This document shows, in pieces, positions 1 through 10,926 of a DNA stretch of 59,430 nt. The notes beneath the pieces are model-generated. The model made no database searches and was not told the DNA's origin. It worked only from the letters and a program-made list of their open reading frames with translations. Source of the stretch: Fidelibacterota bacterium. Lineage in GTDB: Bacteria > Pseudomonadota > Alphaproteobacteria > Rhodospirillales > Rhodospirillaceae. The stretch is taken from positions 1 to 59,430 of the forward strand of contig CANJOI010000001.1 in NCBI GenBank assembly GCA_947475365.1. The letters run 5' to 3'. Numbering within the stretch: position 1 is the stretch's first letter; every line of letters begins with the position of its first letter. The translations under genes were made by a program, and so were the position numbers.

Positions 1-1180
1 CCATGCGGCCGGCTTCACCGACCGAGTACGGCGGGAAGTTGTAGTGCAGCATGAAGAACTGGCGGTACTCGCCTTCCAGGGCGTCGATGATCTGCTCGTC
101 CTGGCCGGTGCCGAGGGTGGCCGTGACCAGTGCCTGGGTTTCGCCGCGGGTGAACAGGGCCGAGCCGTGGGTGCGCGGCAGGATGCCGACTTCGATTTCG
201 ATCGGGCGCACGGTCTTGGTGTCGCGCCCATCGATACGCACGCCGGTCTTCAGGATCTGGCCGCGGACAACGTCCGCTTCCATGTGCTTGAACACCGGGC
301 CTGCGACCGCGAGTTCGGCTTTCTCTTCGCCCAGGCTCGCCATGGCCTTCTTTTTCACTTCGCCGACAGCCGCATAACGTTCTTGCTTCACGCGATTGCG
401 GTAGGCGGCGTCGAGGTCGCCGGTGAACGCGGCCAGCTTGCTCTTCACGATCGCGACTTCCGGGGCTTCCGGCGCGATGGCGAAGGGTTCCTTGGCGCAG
501 GCTTCGGCCAGTTCGATGATCGCCTGGATCACCGGCATCATGGCGTCGTGGCCGAAATTGACGGCGCCGAGCATGATTTCTTCCGACAGTTCCTTGGCTT
601 CGGATTCCACCATCAGCACGCCTTCGCGGGTGCCGGCGACGACCAGTTCCAGCGACTGCTTTTCGTATTCGTCCATGCGCGGATTGAGAACGTACTGGCC
701 GTCCACATAACCGACGCGGGCGGCGCCGATGGGGCCCATGAACGGTATGCCGGAGATGGTGAGCGCGGCGGAGGCGCCGATCATGGCCACCACATCCGGG
801 TCGTTCTTCAGGTCGTGCGACAGAACGGTGCAGACCACCTGGGTTTCGTTGCGATAGCCCTCGTGGAACAGCGGGCGGATCGGACGGTCGATCAGGCGCG
901 AGGTCAGCACTTCCTTTTCGGTGGGGCGGCCTTCACGCTTGAAGAAGCCGCCGGGAATCTTGCCCGCGGCCGAGGTCTTTTCCTGGTAGTTGACGGTGAG
1001 CGGAAAGAAATCGACGCCGGGCTTCGGCGACTTGGCGCCGACGGCGGTGCACAGCACGGTGGTTTCGCCGTAGGTGGCCATGATGGCGCCGTCAGCCTGA
1101 CGCGCGATCTTGCCGGTTTCGAGGACCAGCTTGCGGCCGCCCCATTCGATCTCTTTGCGATGAACTTTGAACATGGACAT
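1..1180 (-). CDS. pnp: Polyribonucleotide nucleotidyltransferase (PNPase), N-terminal ~393 codons; the 3' end runs off the window start
   Basis: Absent from the ORF track because no stop lies in the window. My reverse-complement translation from ATG 1180 (alternative ATG 1174) reads [45 protein letters not shown] ... [33 protein letters not shown] ... [18 protein letters not shown]. This is the typical PNPase RNase-PH-like N-terminus. It lies downstream of rpsO, as is usual. Confidence 0.92.
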   Translation of the reverse strand, partial: MSMFKVHRKEIEWGGRKLVLETGKIARQADGAIMATYGETTVLCTAVGAKSPKPGVDFFPLTVNYQEKTSAAGKIPGGFFKREGRPTEKEVLTSRLIDRPIRPLFHEGYRNETQVVCTVLSHDLKNDPDVVAMIGASAALTISGIPFMGPIGAARVGYVDGQYVLNPRMDEYEKQSLELVVAGTREGVLMVESEAKELSEEIMLGAVNFGHDAMMPVIQAIIELAEACAKEPFAIAPEAPEVAIVKSKLAAFTGDLDAAYRNRVKQERYAAVGEVKKKAMASLGEEKAELAVAGPVFKHMEADVVRGQILKTGVRIDGRDTKTVRPIEIEVGILPRTHGSALFTRGETQALVTATLGTGQDEQIIDALEGEYRQFFMLHYNFPPYSVGEAGRM

Positions 1181-1265
1181 TCGTGGTAATTCCTTCTTCC
1201 CCTCATGGACCGGCGCCGGATTGCGCGCCCAGCTCGACCGCTCAAAACCCACCCTATTGTGAGTC

Positions 1266-1321
1266 AAAAACGGACCGAGGGTTCGAGCCGGGATTTCGAT
1301 CCTCGGCAGAGACTCTCTGCC
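1266..1321 (-). terminator. rpsO terminator / pnp leader hairpins
   Basis: On the minus strand there are two adjacent hairpins. The first is GGCAGAG-AGU-CUCUGCC (1305..1321). The second is CCGAGG...CCUCGG (1275..1306), followed by UCCGUUUUUG (T-run 1266..1270). They sit between the rpsO stop (1493) and the pnp start (1180). Confidence 0.45.
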
Positions 1322-1492
1322 TTCTTACGCAGCGCGTTTCCGTCTCGCGGAGATATGCGCGCCTAACTTCACAGCGGTCTTTTCTGAAACCCGATTCCGG
1401 CCGCTGCGGGATGTGAATGCGGCAACGCGCCCGGCTTGGATTGCTCCAAGGGGCGCTAAACCGTCCTCACCGGAACCGGGCAATGGCCAGCG

Positions 1493-1762
1493 TTACTTAC
1501 GCAGGCCGAGACGACCGATCAGGGCGTCGTAGCGCGGAGCCGACGAAGCCTTGAGGTAATCGAGCAGACGGCGGCGCTGACCGACCATCACCAGCAGGCC
1601 ACGGCGCGAGTGGTTGTCCTTGGTGTGACCCTTGAGATGTTCGGTGAGATTCTTGATGCGCTCGCTGAGCACCGCCACCTGGACTTCCGGCGAACCGGTG
1701 TCGCCCGACTTGGTGGCGTATTCTTGGATGAGCGCCTGTTTGCGCTCCGCGGTAATCGACAT
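1493..1762 (-). CDS. rpsO: 30S ribosomal protein S15
   Basis: 89-aa [60 protein letters not shown]...; classic S15 sequence and position upstream of pnp. Confidence 0.97.
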   Translation of the reverse strand: MSITAERKQALIQEYATKSGDTGSPEVQVAVLSERIKNLTEHLKGHTKDNHSRRGLLVMVGQRRRLLDYLKASSAPRYDALIGRLGLRK

Positions 1763-1805
1763 CGTGTACTCCTGCTTTGTATAGCGCGCGCGTTTCGGCG
1801 CGCGA

Positions 1806-2726
1806 CTAGAGATTCATGACGCGGACGGGGCGGACCATGCCCTCCCCGACCTCGGCCACCGCTACCAGCGTCTCCCCGCATTTGACCTGCACGGCGTCGC
1901 CGGGCGTGAGTCCGATCAGGGGGCTGCGCTTTGCTACCGGCCATAGGGCGATGGATTGCCCCTGGCGCATGCGGCGGGCCTCTTCCGCGGTCAGGGCCAG
2001 TGCCGGGATGTCGTCCAGCACGGTCGCGACCGGGAGAAGATATTCGGAAGCGGCGGCTTTATGCCCGAGGGATTCCAGCATTTCCAGGGAAATCGCCCCC
2101 TCCAGGCCGAACGGGCCGCAGCGGGTGCGCCTCAGCACCGAGATATGGCCCAAAGTTCCTAGATGGCGGGCTAAATCCCGCACCAGCGCACGGATATAGG
2201 TGCCTTTACCGCAATCCACCTCGAATTTGGCCCGCTCCGGGCCGTTTTCGAGCAGGGAAAACCGGTCGACTCGGACGGTGCGGGCCTCCAACGCCAGGGA
2301 CTCCCCTTGCCGGGCCAGGTCATAGGCCCGTTTCCCGCCCACTTTGATGGCGGAATAGTCGGGGGGGATTTGCTGGATGGACCCGGTGAAAACCGGCAGG
2401 GCGGCGGCGATGGCGGCCTGGTCGGGGCGGCCCTCGGCGGTGGCGATCACCTGGCCATCGCTGTCGTCGGTATCGGTCTGGGCGCCCCAAACCAGTTCGA
2501 ACTGGTAGGTTTTGCGGCCATCCATGGCGAAATTGATGGTTTTGGTGGCTTCACCCAGGGCAATGGGCAGGATTCCCGTGGCTAACGGGTCCAAAGTACC
2601 CCCATGACCCACCTTTTCGGCGTTCATGGAGCGCTTTATCCGGGAAACCACCGTCGCGGCGGTCAAGCCTGCCGGCTTGTCCACGACAATCCAGCCGTGG
2701 ATCGGCTCACCTTTCCGGCGTCCCAA
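1806..2726 (-). CDS. truB: tRNA pseudouridine(55) synthase TruB
   Basis: 306-aa ORF with the [23 protein letters not shown] catalytic-Asp motif; rbfA-truB-rpsO order. Confidence 0.95.
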   Translation of the reverse strand: MGRRKGEPIHGWIVVDKPAGLTAATVVSRIKRSMNAEKVGHGGTLDPLATGILPIALGEATKTINFAMDGRKTYQFELVWGAQTDTDDSDGQVIATAEGRPDQAAIAAALPVFTGSIQQIPPDYSAIKVGGKRAYDLARQGESLALEARTVRVDRFSLLENGPERAKFEVDCGKGTYIRALVRDLARHLGTLGHISVLRRTRCGPFGLEGAISLEMLESLGHKAAASEYLLPVATVLDDIPALALTAEEARRMRQGQSIALWPVAKRSPLIGLTPGDAVQVKCGETLVAVAEVGEGMVRPVRVMNL

Positions 2727-2731
2727 AGCGC

Positions 2732-3199
2732 CTAGTCCTCTTCCGAGTCGGATGTAGGCCCAGACTCGGATTCAGACTCGTCCCCGGCGCCGTAGCGCTC
2801 AGCGTCCAGGTCCCGGGCGACCTCGGGTTTGTGCAGCAGACGGCCGATGCGCTCGGCTTCGTCAAAGCTCTGGTCGGCGGCGAAGATCAGGTCGGGAATG
2901 AATCGCATCTGCAGGCGGTCCGCCAGCTGGCGCCGCAGAAACGGCTTCACGCGCTTGAGGCCCTCCAGCACCGCGGTCGCGTCGCCGCCGCCGAGCGGCA
3001 CCACATAGACGCGGGCGTGACGCAGGTCGGGCGACGGGCGCACCTCGGTGACGGTGATGTGCTTGCCGGCAAGTCCGGGGTCGCGAAACGTCTCGCGCTC
3101 GAACAGCGCCGCCAGCACGTGGCGAATTTCTTCACCGACGCGCAGCAGGCGCTGGCCGGGGGGTTGCTTGGCGTTACGGGTATTCCTGGGCATAGGCAC
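2732..3199 (-). CDS. rbfA: Ribosome-binding factor A
   Basis: 155-aa ORF with LRVGEEIRHVLAALF...HITVTEVRPSPDLRHARVYV, an RbfA-like core. It has an acidic C-terminal tail and lies directly downstream of infB. Confidence 0.9.
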   Translation of the reverse strand: MPMPRNTRNAKQPPGQRLLRVGEEIRHVLAALFERETFRDPGLAGKHITVTEVRPSPDLRHARVYVVPLGGGDATAVLEGLKRVKPFLRRQLADRLQMRFIPDLIFAADQSFDEAERIGRLLHKPEVARDLDAERYGAGDESESESGPTSDSEED

Positions 3200-3253
3200 T
3201 CCTTCCGGGGGACCGCGCCCCCGGACGAAACGGCGGCGCGGCGCGCGACTGAA

Positions 3254-5818
3254 CTAAAGCGTCGCTTCCACCCGTTCCATTTCGAAGCACTCGATGACGT
3301 CGCCCTTCTGGATATCCTGGTAATTGGCGAGCGCCATGCCGCATTCGTAGCCCTCGCGGACGTCTTTGACATCGTCCTTGAAGCGCTTGAGTTGCGACAG
3401 ATCGCCCTCGTGGATGACCACGTTGTCGCGCAGCAGGCGGACCTTGCAGCCGCGCTTGATGACGCCTTGCGTGACCATGCAGCCCGCGACCTTGCCGGTC
3501 TTGGTGATGTTGAACACTTCGCGGATCTCGGCGTAGCCGATGAAGTTTTCCTTGAAGGTCGGCGCCAGCATGCCGGTGAGCACCTGTCTGATGTCATCGG
3601 CCACGGCGTAGATGATCGAGTAGTAGCGGATATCGACGTTGTCGCGCTTGGCGGTTTCGCGCGCCTGGGCGTTGGCGCGGACGTTGAAGCCGATCAGGAT
3701 CGCGCCGTAGGTCTTGGCGAGCGTCACATCGGATTCGTTGATGGCGCCGACGGCGCTGTGGATCACGTTCACCTTCACGGCGTCGGTGCCGAGCTTGCTG
3801 AGCGTGCCGGCCAAGGCTTCGGCCGAACCCTGCACATCCGCCTTCACGACGACGCTGAGTTCGTTGGCGACGCCGGCTTTGATCTTGGCGAACATCTGTT
3901 CCATGGTCGACGTGCCGACGCCGGCCGCGTGTTCCTTGTCGCGGATCTTGCGGCGGCGGAACTCGGTGACTTCGCGGGCGCGGCCTTCGTCCTCGACCAC
4001 GATGAAGTCATCACCGGCCGACGGCGTGCCGCCGAAGCCGATGACTTCCACCGGCGCCGACGGCATGGCCGACTTCACCTGCTTGCCGTGTTCGTTGACC
4101 AAGGCGCGCACGCGGCCCCACTCGGCGCCGGCGACGAAAATGTCGCCCAGGCGCAGGGTGCCGCGCTGCACGAGAACCGTACCCACCGAGCCGACGCCCT
4201 TTTCCACTTTGGCTTCGATGATCGCGCCTTCGGCGGCGCGGTTCGGGTTGGCCTTGAGGTCGAGCAGTTCGGCCTGCAGCAGGATGACTTCCTCAAGCTT
4301 GTCGAGGTTGATCTTCTGCGTCGCCGACACTTCCACCGACAGCGTCTCGCCGCCGACGTCTTCCAGAACGACTTCATGATTGAGAAGGTCGGTCTTGATG
4401 CGCGCCGGATTGGCGCCGGGCTTATCGATCTTGTTGATGGCCACGATGATCGGCACTTCGGCGGCCTTGGCGTGGCGGATCGCCTCGATGGTCTGGGGCA
4501 TGATGCCGTCGTCGGCCGCGACCACCAGGATCACGATGTCAGTCACTTTGGCGCCGCGGGCGCGCATGGCGGTGAAGGCTTCGTGGCCCGGCGTATCGAT
4601 GAAAGTGATCTTCTGGCCGGCCTTTGTGCGCACCTGGTAGGCGCCGATATGCTGGGTGATGCCGCCCGCTTCGCCCGCGACGACATTGGTCGAACGGATG
4701 GCGTCGAGCAGCGAGGTTTTGCCGTGGTCGACGTGGCCCATGATGGTCACCACCGGCGGGCGGGTCGTCATCGCCTCTTCATCGTCCGGCGCGGCTTTCA
4801 GGCCTTCTTCCACCGAGCCTTCGGTGATGCGCTTCACCTTGTGGCCGTACTCCTGGGCCACCAGTTCGGCGGTGTCGGCGTCCAGCACTTCGTTGATGGT
4901 CGCCATGATGCCGAGCTTCATCAGCGATTTGATCACATTGACCGAACGCTCGGCCATGCGGTTGGACAGTTCTTGAACGGTAATCGTTTCGGGCAAAATC
5001 ACTTCGCGTACCACCTTGTCGGTGTTCATCGGTTGCTTGAGCTGGGCCTTGCGGCGTTCTTTCTCGACCGCACGGCGCATCGAGGCGATGGAACGCGAAC
5101 GTTCGACCTTGTCGTCACCTTCCAGGGCGGCGGTGATGGACAGCTTGCCCTCACGGCGGCGCGGCTCGGTACGCTTGTTGACGGCCGGCGGCTTGTGGCC
5201 GGTCTTGGGCTTGCGCGGCTTACCCTCGTCCTCTTCTTCCTCGTCGGCGACGGGACGGCGGGCGATCAATGCAGCGTCGCCGGCGACGGTTGCGGCGGCG
5301 GGGGTGGTTGCCGTGCGCACTTCAGCGGCGGGCGCGGCAGCGGGTTCCGGAGCGCGCGCACCCGGAGCGCTGGCGGGAGCCGCGGCGACCGGCGGCGCTT
5401 CCGCGGCGCGCTTGGCTTCTTCGGCGGCGCGCTTGGCGTCTTCTTCGGCTTCGCGTTTGGCGTCTTCCTCGGCCTGCTTGCGATGCTCCTCGTCCGCCTT
5501 CATGGCGTCCTGGAGCGCTTTCAGGCGGTGCGCCTTCTCGTCGTCGGTGAGGTTGCCGTGCTGGAGGGCTTCGCGCGCCTTGGCGAGCACTTCGTCGGAC
5601 TTGGTCTTCAGGGAGACGGGCGGGGCTTTGACTTCCTGCACCTTGCCGTCAGCGCCCATTTCGAACTGGCGCTTCCGCTTGCGTTCGACCTGAACGACTT
5701 TGGACCGGCCGTGCGAGAAGCTCTGGCGGACCTGACCGGATTCCACCGTCTTCTTCAGCTCCAGCTTCCCCTTGCTCAGCGTCAACGGGGCCTTAGGTTT
5801 GGTGGTATCGCTCGGCAT
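3254..5818 (-). CDS. infB: Translation initiation factor IF-2
   Basis: 854-aa ORF with a charged N-terminal region and a GTPase G-domain ([29 protein letters not shown]). Confidence 0.97.
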   Translation of the reverse strand: MPSDTTKPKAPLTLSKGKLELKKTVESGQVRQSFSHGRSKVVQVERKRKRQFEMGADGKVQEVKAPPVSLKTKSDEVLAKAREALQHGNLTDDEKAHRLKALQDAMKADEEHRKQAEEDAKREAEEDAKRAAEEAKRAAEAPPVAAAPASAPGARAPEPAAAPAAEVRTATTPAAATVAGDAALIARRPVADEEEEDEGKPRKPKTGHKPPAVNKRTEPRRREGKLSITAALEGDDKVERSRSIASMRRAVEKERRKAQLKQPMNTDKVVREVILPETITVQELSNRMAERSVNVIKSLMKLGIMATINEVLDADTAELVAQEYGHKVKRITEGSVEEGLKAAPDDEEAMTTRPPVVTIMGHVDHGKTSLLDAIRSTNVVAGEAGGITQHIGAYQVRTKAGQKITFIDTPGHEAFTAMRARGAKVTDIVILVVAADDGIMPQTIEAIRHAKAAEVPIIVAINKIDKPGANPARIKTDLLNHEVVLEDVGGETLSVEVSATQKINLDKLEEVILLQAELLDLKANPNRAAEGAIIEAKVEKGVGSVGTVLVQRGTLRLGDIFVAGAEWGRVRALVNEHGKQVKSAMPSAPVEVIGFGGTPSAGDDFIVVEDEGRAREVTEFRRRKIRDKEHAAGVGTSTMEQMFAKIKAGVANELSVVVKADVQGSAEALAGTLSKLGTDAVKVNVIHSAVGAINESDVTLAKTYGAILIGFNVRANAQARETAKRDNVDIRYYSIIYAVADDIRQVLTGMLAPTFKENFIGYAEIREVFNITKTGKVAGCMVTQGVIKRGCKVRLLRDNVVIHEGDLSQLKRFKDDVKDVREGYECGMALANYQDIQKGDVIECFEMERVEATL

Positions 5819-5901
5819 GCTGCTTAACTAACCTTGAGTGATGCGCGCGAGGCTCCCGCGCGTCGTGAACTTCCAAAAGCGGTTCGTAGACAGTGTTCAG
5901 T

Positions 5902-6549
5902 TCATGTCTGGACACGCTCTCCATCTGTGTTCTTCGCGCGCACACCCGCATAGCGTGCGGCGTCTTCAATCAGCGCCGTGGTCAGCCCGCCCGCGCGCAA
6001 AGCGACATGCACGGCGGCATCGCGTCCCAAGGCAGCTCCCATCTCCGCGCCCGTGAACACGTCCACGACAGGCGCATGGGGAACAAGGGCCGTAAACTTG
6101 CGGCGCTCCGCCGGCGATCCGTCCGCCGCTTCCACCAGCGCTACGGTTTGCCCGGTCGCGATCTGAGCGCGGACTTTCTCGGCTCCGGCGGCAACCAATC
6201 CGGCACGTCGCGCGAGACCGAGGAAATTGAGGCAGCGGCGCCGTAAAAGATCAGCAACGGTATCGGCCAGGCCCGGGGGAACCGTGACATTGTCCCGGGC
6301 GGCTTTGGCAAAAGCCCGTTTTGACGTCGCCAGCTCTATCATATCGCGGCTGGCGGTTAACCACAAACCCCGGCCCGGCAGGCGCCGCTCGATATCCGGC
6401 ACCACCGTGCCGTCGGGCCCCGCCACGAACCGGATCAGCCGGGCGAGCGGAAGCGACTCGCCCGACGCAATGCAACGCCGGTTGGGCCCCGTCTCGTCGG
6501 AGCTCGCCGTATCTTCCCCGTCCGTTTGGTCCTGCATCAAAAATCCCAT
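5902..6549 (-). CDS. RNA-binding protein, YlxR/DUF448 N-terminal part fused to an L7Ae/YlxQ-like C-terminal part
   Basis: 215-aa ORF between nusA and infB. It contains RRCIASGESLPLARLIRFVAGPDGTVVPD...LPGRGLWL (DUF448-like), then GLARRAGLVAAGAEKV (L7Ae-like). This is the typical alphaproteobacterial arrangement. Confidence 0.8.
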   Translation of the reverse strand: MGFLMQDQTDGEDTASSDETGPNRRCIASGESLPLARLIRFVAGPDGTVVPDIERRLPGRGLWLTASRDMIELATSKRAFAKAARDNVTVPPGLADTVADLLRRRCLNFLGLARRAGLVAAGAEKVRAQIATGQTVALVEAADGSPAERRKFTALVPHAPVVDVFTGAEMGAALGRDAAVHVALRAGGLTTALIEDAARYAGVRAKNTDGERVQT

Positions 6550-6575
6550 GGTCAGGACGCCGGTGGGGCTGGACC

Positions 6576-8135
6576 CTACGCCGGCTCGCCGGAGGCCGGG
6601 GCCCCGGCTTTATCTTTGGACTCCTCGCCTTCGGGGAACCAATGGGCGCGGGCGGCCATGATGATGGCGTTGGCCTGGGTCTCGGTGAGGCCTTCGCCCA
6701 GCATCTCCACCAGCTCGTCGCCGGCCAGGTCCGCGAGGTCGTCCAGGGTTTTGACGCCCTTTTCCGCCAGCGCGATGATCTTGCGGGCGTCCAGGCCCTC
6801 GATCTCGGCTTCGGCCAGGTCCTGGGCCACGCCCAGTTCCTCCATCTTCGCCACGATCTTCTTGTTTTCTTCCTCAATGTAGGTGGTGGCGCGTTCCTTC
6901 AGCTCGTTGGCGATGTCTTCGTCAAAGCCTTCGATGTCGGTGAGTTCCTCGGCGGGAACGAAGGCAACTTCCTCGACCGAGGTGAAGCCCTCGGTGACGA
7001 GCAGATGGGCGAGCACATCGTCCACGTCCAGGGCGTCGATGAACATTTTCGAACGCGACTTGAACTCTTCCTGGCGGCGTTCGGACTCTTCGCCTTCGGT
7101 CAGGATGTCGATGGTCCAGCCGGTGAGCTGCGAGGCCAAGCGCACGTTCTGGCCGCGGCGGCCGATGGCCAGCGACAGCTGGTCGTCCGGCACCACCACT
7201 TCGATACGGCCGGAATCTTCATCAAGCACGACCTTGGTCACTTCCGCGGGCGCCAGTGCGTTGACGACGAAGGTCGCCGGGTCCTGGTTCCACTGAATGA
7301 TGTCGATCTTTTCGCCCTGCAGTTCGGCGACCACCGCCTGCACGCGCGACCCGCGCATGCCGACGCAGGCGCCGACGGGGTCGATGGAGGAGTCGTTGGA
7401 GATCACCGCGATTTTCGCGCGGCTGCCGGGATCGCGCGCCACGGCCTTGATTTCGATGATGCCGTCATAGATTTCCGGCACTTCCTGGCTGAACAGCGCG
7501 GCCATGAAGTCAGGCGCGGTGCGCGACAGGAAGATCTGCGGGCCGCGCGGTTCTTCACGCACGTCGACAATGAAAGCGCGCACGCGGTCGCCGTTCTTGA
7601 AATGCTCGCGCGGGATCAATTCGTCGCGGCGGAGCAGGCCTTCGGCGCGGCCCAGGTCAACGATGACGTTGCCGAACTCGACGCGCTTGACCAGGCCGTT
7701 GACGATTTCGCTGATGCGGTCCTTGTATTCGGCGAACTGGCGCTGGCGTTCGGCGTCGCGCACTTTTTGCACGATCACCTGCTTGGCGGTCTGGGCGGCG
7801 ATACGGCCGAAATCGATCGGCGGCAGCGGATCGACGATCACGCCGCCGACTTCGATGTCCGGGTTCTTGCGCTTGGCCTTGGCGAGCGTCAGCTGGGTGT
7901 TCTCATCCTCGACGGTCTCGACCACGGTCAGATAGCGCGCCAGGCGGATCTCGCCGTTCTTGCGATCGATGTTGGCGCGGATGTCGTTCTCATGACCGTA
8001 CTTGGAGCGGCCGGCTTTCTGGATGGCCTGCTCCATGGCCTGGAACACTTCCTCGCGGTCGATGCCTTTGTCGCGGGCGACGGTGTCGGCGACTTGCACC
8101 AGTTCGGGGCGCGCCATGCCAATGCTCTGTGCCAT
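6576..8135 (-). CDS. nusA: Transcription termination/antitermination factor NusA
   Basis: 519-aa ORF with NusA N-terminal, S1, KH-KH and C-terminal acidic repeat regions (e.g. [44 protein letters not shown]). Confidence 0.97.
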   Translation of the reverse strand: MAQSIGMARPELVQVADTVARDKGIDREEVFQAMEQAIQKAGRSKYGHENDIRANIDRKNGEIRLARYLTVVETVEDENTQLTLAKAKRKNPDIEVGGVIVDPLPPIDFGRIAAQTAKQVIVQKVRDAERQRQFAEYKDRISEIVNGLVKRVEFGNVIVDLGRAEGLLRRDELIPREHFKNGDRVRAFIVDVREEPRGPQIFLSRTAPDFMAALFSQEVPEIYDGIIEIKAVARDPGSRAKIAVISNDSSIDPVGACVGMRGSRVQAVVAELQGEKIDIIQWNQDPATFVVNALAPAEVTKVVLDEDSGRIEVVVPDDQLSLAIGRRGQNVRLASQLTGWTIDILTEGEESERRQEEFKSRSKMFIDALDVDDVLAHLLVTEGFTSVEEVAFVPAEELTDIEGFDEDIANELKERATTYIEEENKKIVAKMEELGVAQDLAEAEIEGLDARKIIALAEKGVKTLDDLADLAGDELVEMLGEGLTETQANAIIMAARAHWFPEGEESKDKAGAPASGEPA

Positions 8136-8136
8136 C

Positions 8137-8655
8137 TCAGTTCTCCAGTTGTTGTTCGGTCTGCCGCCCGGGGGCGTTGGTGGTGGCGGCGATCAGTTCG
8201 TCGGTCAAAATCAGTTTCGCGGCGTTCACGTTGCCGAAGGCGATGGTCGCGTCGCCGTCTTCCGTGGCGATGACGATGTCTTCGCCGGTCAGTCCCTTGA
8301 GGCGTCCGCGGAAACGCTTGCGGCCGGCCACCGGCATCTTGGTGTCGATCTTGGCTTCGAAGCCGGCGTAGGTCGCGAAATCCTTGAGGCGCGTCAGCGG
8401 CCGGTCGATGCCGGTGGAACTGACCTCCAGGTCGTAGCGGCCGGGCACCGGGTCCTCGACATCGAAGATCGCCGACAAGGTGCGGCTGATCTGTTCGCAG
8501 TCTTCCACGGTGATGGCGGCGCCATCCTTGCGCTCGGCCATGACCTGCAAGGTCTTGCGGCCGACGCTGCCGGTAATAGCGATGCGCACCACGGCGAAGC
8601 CCATGGCTTCCAGCGTGGGTTCAACCCGCTCCTCGAGATGATGCAAACGTTCCAT
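8137..8655 (-). CDS. rimP: Ribosome maturation factor RimP
   Basis: The track ORF runs 8137..8721. The first 22 codons (MGSGPIAHFFCFCASRS...) overlap a strong intrinsic terminator. I therefore prefer ATG at 8655 (MERLHHLEERVEPTLEAMGF...), which is preceded by ACGGAG. Confidence 0.85.
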   Translation of the reverse strand: MERLHHLEERVEPTLEAMGFAVVRIAITGSVGRKTLQVMAERKDGAAITVEDCEQISRTLSAIFDVEDPVPGRYDLEVSSTGIDRPLTRLKDFATYAGFEAKIDTKMPVAGRKRFRGRLKGLTGEDIVIATEDGDATIAFGNVNAAKLILTDELIAATTNAPGRQTEQQLEN

Positions 8656-8687
8656 ACGCACTCCGTCCACCGACCGGGAGGCGCAGA

Positions 8688-8715
8688 AACAAAAAAAGTG
8701 GGCAATCGGCCCACT
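8688..8715 (-). terminator. Rho-independent terminator or leader attenuator upstream of rimP
   Basis: The minus strand reads AGUGGGC-CGAUU-GCCCACU (7-bp perfect stem, arms 8709..8715 and 8697..8703), followed by UUUUUUUGUUU. Confidence 0.75.
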
Positions 8716-8827
8716 CCCCAAGTCGATCGGACATTGATGAAGATGGCGCTGATATAAAGGGCTTTTCGCCCGAAGACAAGGTTTTAGGCGGCCCCCGGCG
8801 GAAGGCCGGAGTCTTTAAAGCGGACCG

Positions 8828-9574
8828 CTATGCGGTCCGCGGCTTGCGGAAAAACCGCAAAAACATCGGCGTGCGGCCGGCTGCGACCGCCTTTTGCTCG
8901 TAGCGGCTGGGGGTCGAGTCGGCGGGGCGGGCCCGCCAGTCGTCCGGGCCGGCCACCCGCCATTCGAAGTCGGGATGCTGCGGAACATGCTGCAGGGTCC
9001 AGCGGGCGTAGATGGGGTGGTCCGTCGCCACCCGGAACTCGCCGCCATCGGCCAGCAGGCGGGACACTTCGTTCAGATTAGAGGGCCCAACAAAGCGGCG
9101 CTTGGCGTGCCGTGTTTTCGGCCAAGGGTCTGGGAACAATAGAGAAATTCGCTTCAAACTTGACGCGGGAAAGGCCGGCAGCAAGGTCCGCACGTCGCTG
9201 TCATAGATGCGGACATTGGCCAGCTTGCGCTCGTCCACGTGCCGCAACAGTGAGGCCACCCCGTTCAGGAAAACCTCGGCCCCAAGGAAGCCTACGCCCG
9301 GGTGGGTTTCGGCTTGGCTGGCCAGGTGTTCGCCGCTGCCGAAACCGATCTCCAGCCAGACATCCTTCTGGCCGGAAAACAGCGACGCGGGTTCAACAGG
9401 ACCCTCCGGCGGCGGGACCCTTAGTGTCGGCAGAAGGGTATCGAGAAGCCGCTCACGGCCGGCTTTAAGGGGTTTGCCTTTGCGCCGGCCGTAGAAGCGG
9501 TGATCGGTTTGCTCAAACGCCAAAGGCGGATTCGAGCTGCTCGACCAGGTCCAGGCGTTCCCAGGTGAAGCCAC
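8828..9574 (-). CDS. trmB: tRNA (guanine-N7)-methyltransferase TrmB
   Basis: 248-aa ORF with [28 protein letters not shown] and [17 protein letters not shown] motifs. The longest start (9574) overlaps the metK 3' end by 62 nt. An in-frame TTG at 9523 is a plausible shorter start. Confidence 0.88.
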   Translation of the reverse strand: MASPGNAWTWSSSSNPPLAFEQTDHRFYGRRKGKPLKAGRERLLDTLLPTLRVPPPEGPVEPASLFSGQKDVWLEIGFGSGEHLASQAETHPGVGFLGAEVFLNGVASLLRHVDERKLANVRIYDSDVRTLLPAFPASSLKRISLLFPDPWPKTRHAKRRFVGPSNLNEVSRLLADGGEFRVATDHPIYARWTLQHVPQHPDFEWRVAGPDDWRARPADSTPSRYEQKAVAAGRTPMFLRFFRKPRTA

Positions 9575-10706
9575 CCGAGCCGTCCGGGTCGCGGCCGAAG
9601 TGGCCGTAGGCGGCGGTGCGCGCGTAGATCGGGCGGTTGAGCTTCAGATGCTCGCGGATGCCGCGCGGCGAGAGGTTCATGAGCTCCTGAAGCACGCTCG
9701 AGAGCTTGTCTTCCGACACCTGCGCCGTGCCGTCGGTGTTCACATAAACCGACAGCGGCTTCGACACACCAATCGCATAGGCGAGCTGGATGGTGCACTT
9801 GTCGGCGAGCCCGGCGGCCACGACGTTCTTGGCGAGATAGCGCGCGGCGTAAGCGGCCGAACGGTCCACCTTGGTCGGATCCTTCCCAGAGAATGCGCCG
9901 CCGCCATGCGGCGCAGCCCCACCATAAGTGTCGACGATGATCTTACGGCCGGTAAGGCCGGTATCGCCGTCCGGGCCGCCGATGACGAAGCGGCCGGTGG
10001 GGTTCACATAGAATTCGGCTTCGGGACACATCCAGCCCTTGGGCAGTGCGTCGAGCACATGCTTGCGAACGTATTCGCGGATCTGGTCCTGCTGGGCGTG
10101 CTCGCCATGCTGCGTCGAGACCACCACCGACGTGGCGCGCACCGGCTTGCCGTTCACATACTGAAGCGTGACTTGGCTCTTGGCGTCGGGGCCGAGGAAA
10201 TCGACGTCCTTGGCATGGCGCGCGTCGGCCAGGGTCTTGAGGATGTTGTGCGCGTAGTAGATCGGCGCGGGCATGAGGTTGGGGGTTTCGTTGACGGCGT
10301 AACCGAACATGATGCCCTGGTCGCCGGCGCCTTCGTCTTTATTGCCCGCGGAATCGACGCCGACGGCGATGTCGGCGGACTGCGAATGCACGTAGCAATC
10401 GACGGTCGCGTTCTTCCAGTGGAAGCCGTCCTGCTCGTAACCGATGTCCTTCACCGCGTCGCGGGCGGCGGCGATCATGGCGTCCGGGGTGACGTTGCCG
10501 CGCACTTCGCCGGCCAGCACGATGCGGTTGGTGGTGCACAGGGTTTCGAGCGCGACGCGGGCCTGGGGGTTTTCCGCCAGGAACAGATCGACGATGGCGT
10601 CGGAGATGCGGTCGGCGACCTTGTCGGGATGTCCTTCGGAGACGGACTCGCTGGTGAAGAGATAGTCGGTCTTGGACAAAGGACGGTCCCCCTGGAGAAA
10701 AGCCAC
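9513..10706 (-). CDS. metK: S-adenosylmethionine synthetase
   Basis: 397-aa ORF with [26 protein letters not shown] and [19 protein letters not shown]. The track start is GTG 10706. TTG 10679 ([12 protein letters not shown]) is also plausible, with GGGGGA 7 nt upstream. Confidence 0.96.
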   Translation of the reverse strand: MAFLQGDRPLSKTDYLFTSESVSEGHPDKVADRISDAIVDLFLAENPQARVALETLCTTNRIVLAGEVRGNVTPDAMIAAARDAVKDIGYEQDGFHWKNATVDCYVHSQSADIAVGVDSAGNKDEGAGDQGIMFGYAVNETPNLMPAPIYYAHNILKTLADARHAKDVDFLGPDAKSQVTLQYVNGKPVRATSVVVSTQHGEHAQQDQIREYVRKHVLDALPKGWMCPEAEFYVNPTGRFVIGGPDGDTGLTGRKIIVDTYGGAAPHGGGAFSGKDPTKVDRSAAYAARYLAKNVVAAGLADKCTIQLAYAIGVSKPLSVYVNTDGTAQVSEDKLSSVLQELMNLSPRGIREHLKLNRPIYARTAAYGHFGRDPDGSGGFTWERLDLVEQLESAFGV

Positions 10707-10798
10707 TGACGGTTAGTCACAAAACAGCAAGGGGGCTGTAAAGGAATAAGCCCGGTTTTTCAAGCGACAGAGCAGTCTTTGAGGGACAAGGCCCCGTT

Positions 10799-10820
10799 CA
10801 CAATGGCCCACAATGGCCCA
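10799..10820. repeat. Tandem 10-bp direct repeat in the metK upstream region
   Basis: CA-CAATGGCCCA-CAATGGCCCA, two perfect adjacent copies about 95 to 120 nt upstream of the metK start candidates. Confidence 0.6.
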
Positions 10821-10870
10821 CCCTGCCGTATTGGACGGCGCGCGTCTTAGCGCGCGACCGGCTGGAAATG

Positions 10871-10904
10871 AAAACGCCGCCCCGGTCTCCCGGAGCGGCG
10901 TTTT
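10871..10904. terminator. Symmetric (bidirectional-type) intrinsic terminator downstream of the XRE regulator gene
   Basis: AAAACGCCGC (10871..10880) pairs perfectly with GCGGCGUUUU (10895..10904), and there is an inner CCGG/CCGG pairing. The minus-strand RNA ends in UUUUCAUUU. It lies 23 nt after the stop at 10927. Confidence 0.7.
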
Positions 10905-10926
10905 CCGTAAGGCGTGTCGGTCCGGC

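Noticed and set aside
44-8273. Very long plus-strand ORFs (44..1189, 2831..5827 at 998 aa, 6321..8273 at 650 aa) opposite pnp, infB and nusA.
   Set aside because: They lie antisense to unmistakable housekeeping genes. Their translations are low-complexity and rich in G/A/R/D/H/V with no motifs. This is the expected stop-codon-poor antisense frame of GC-rich coding DNA.
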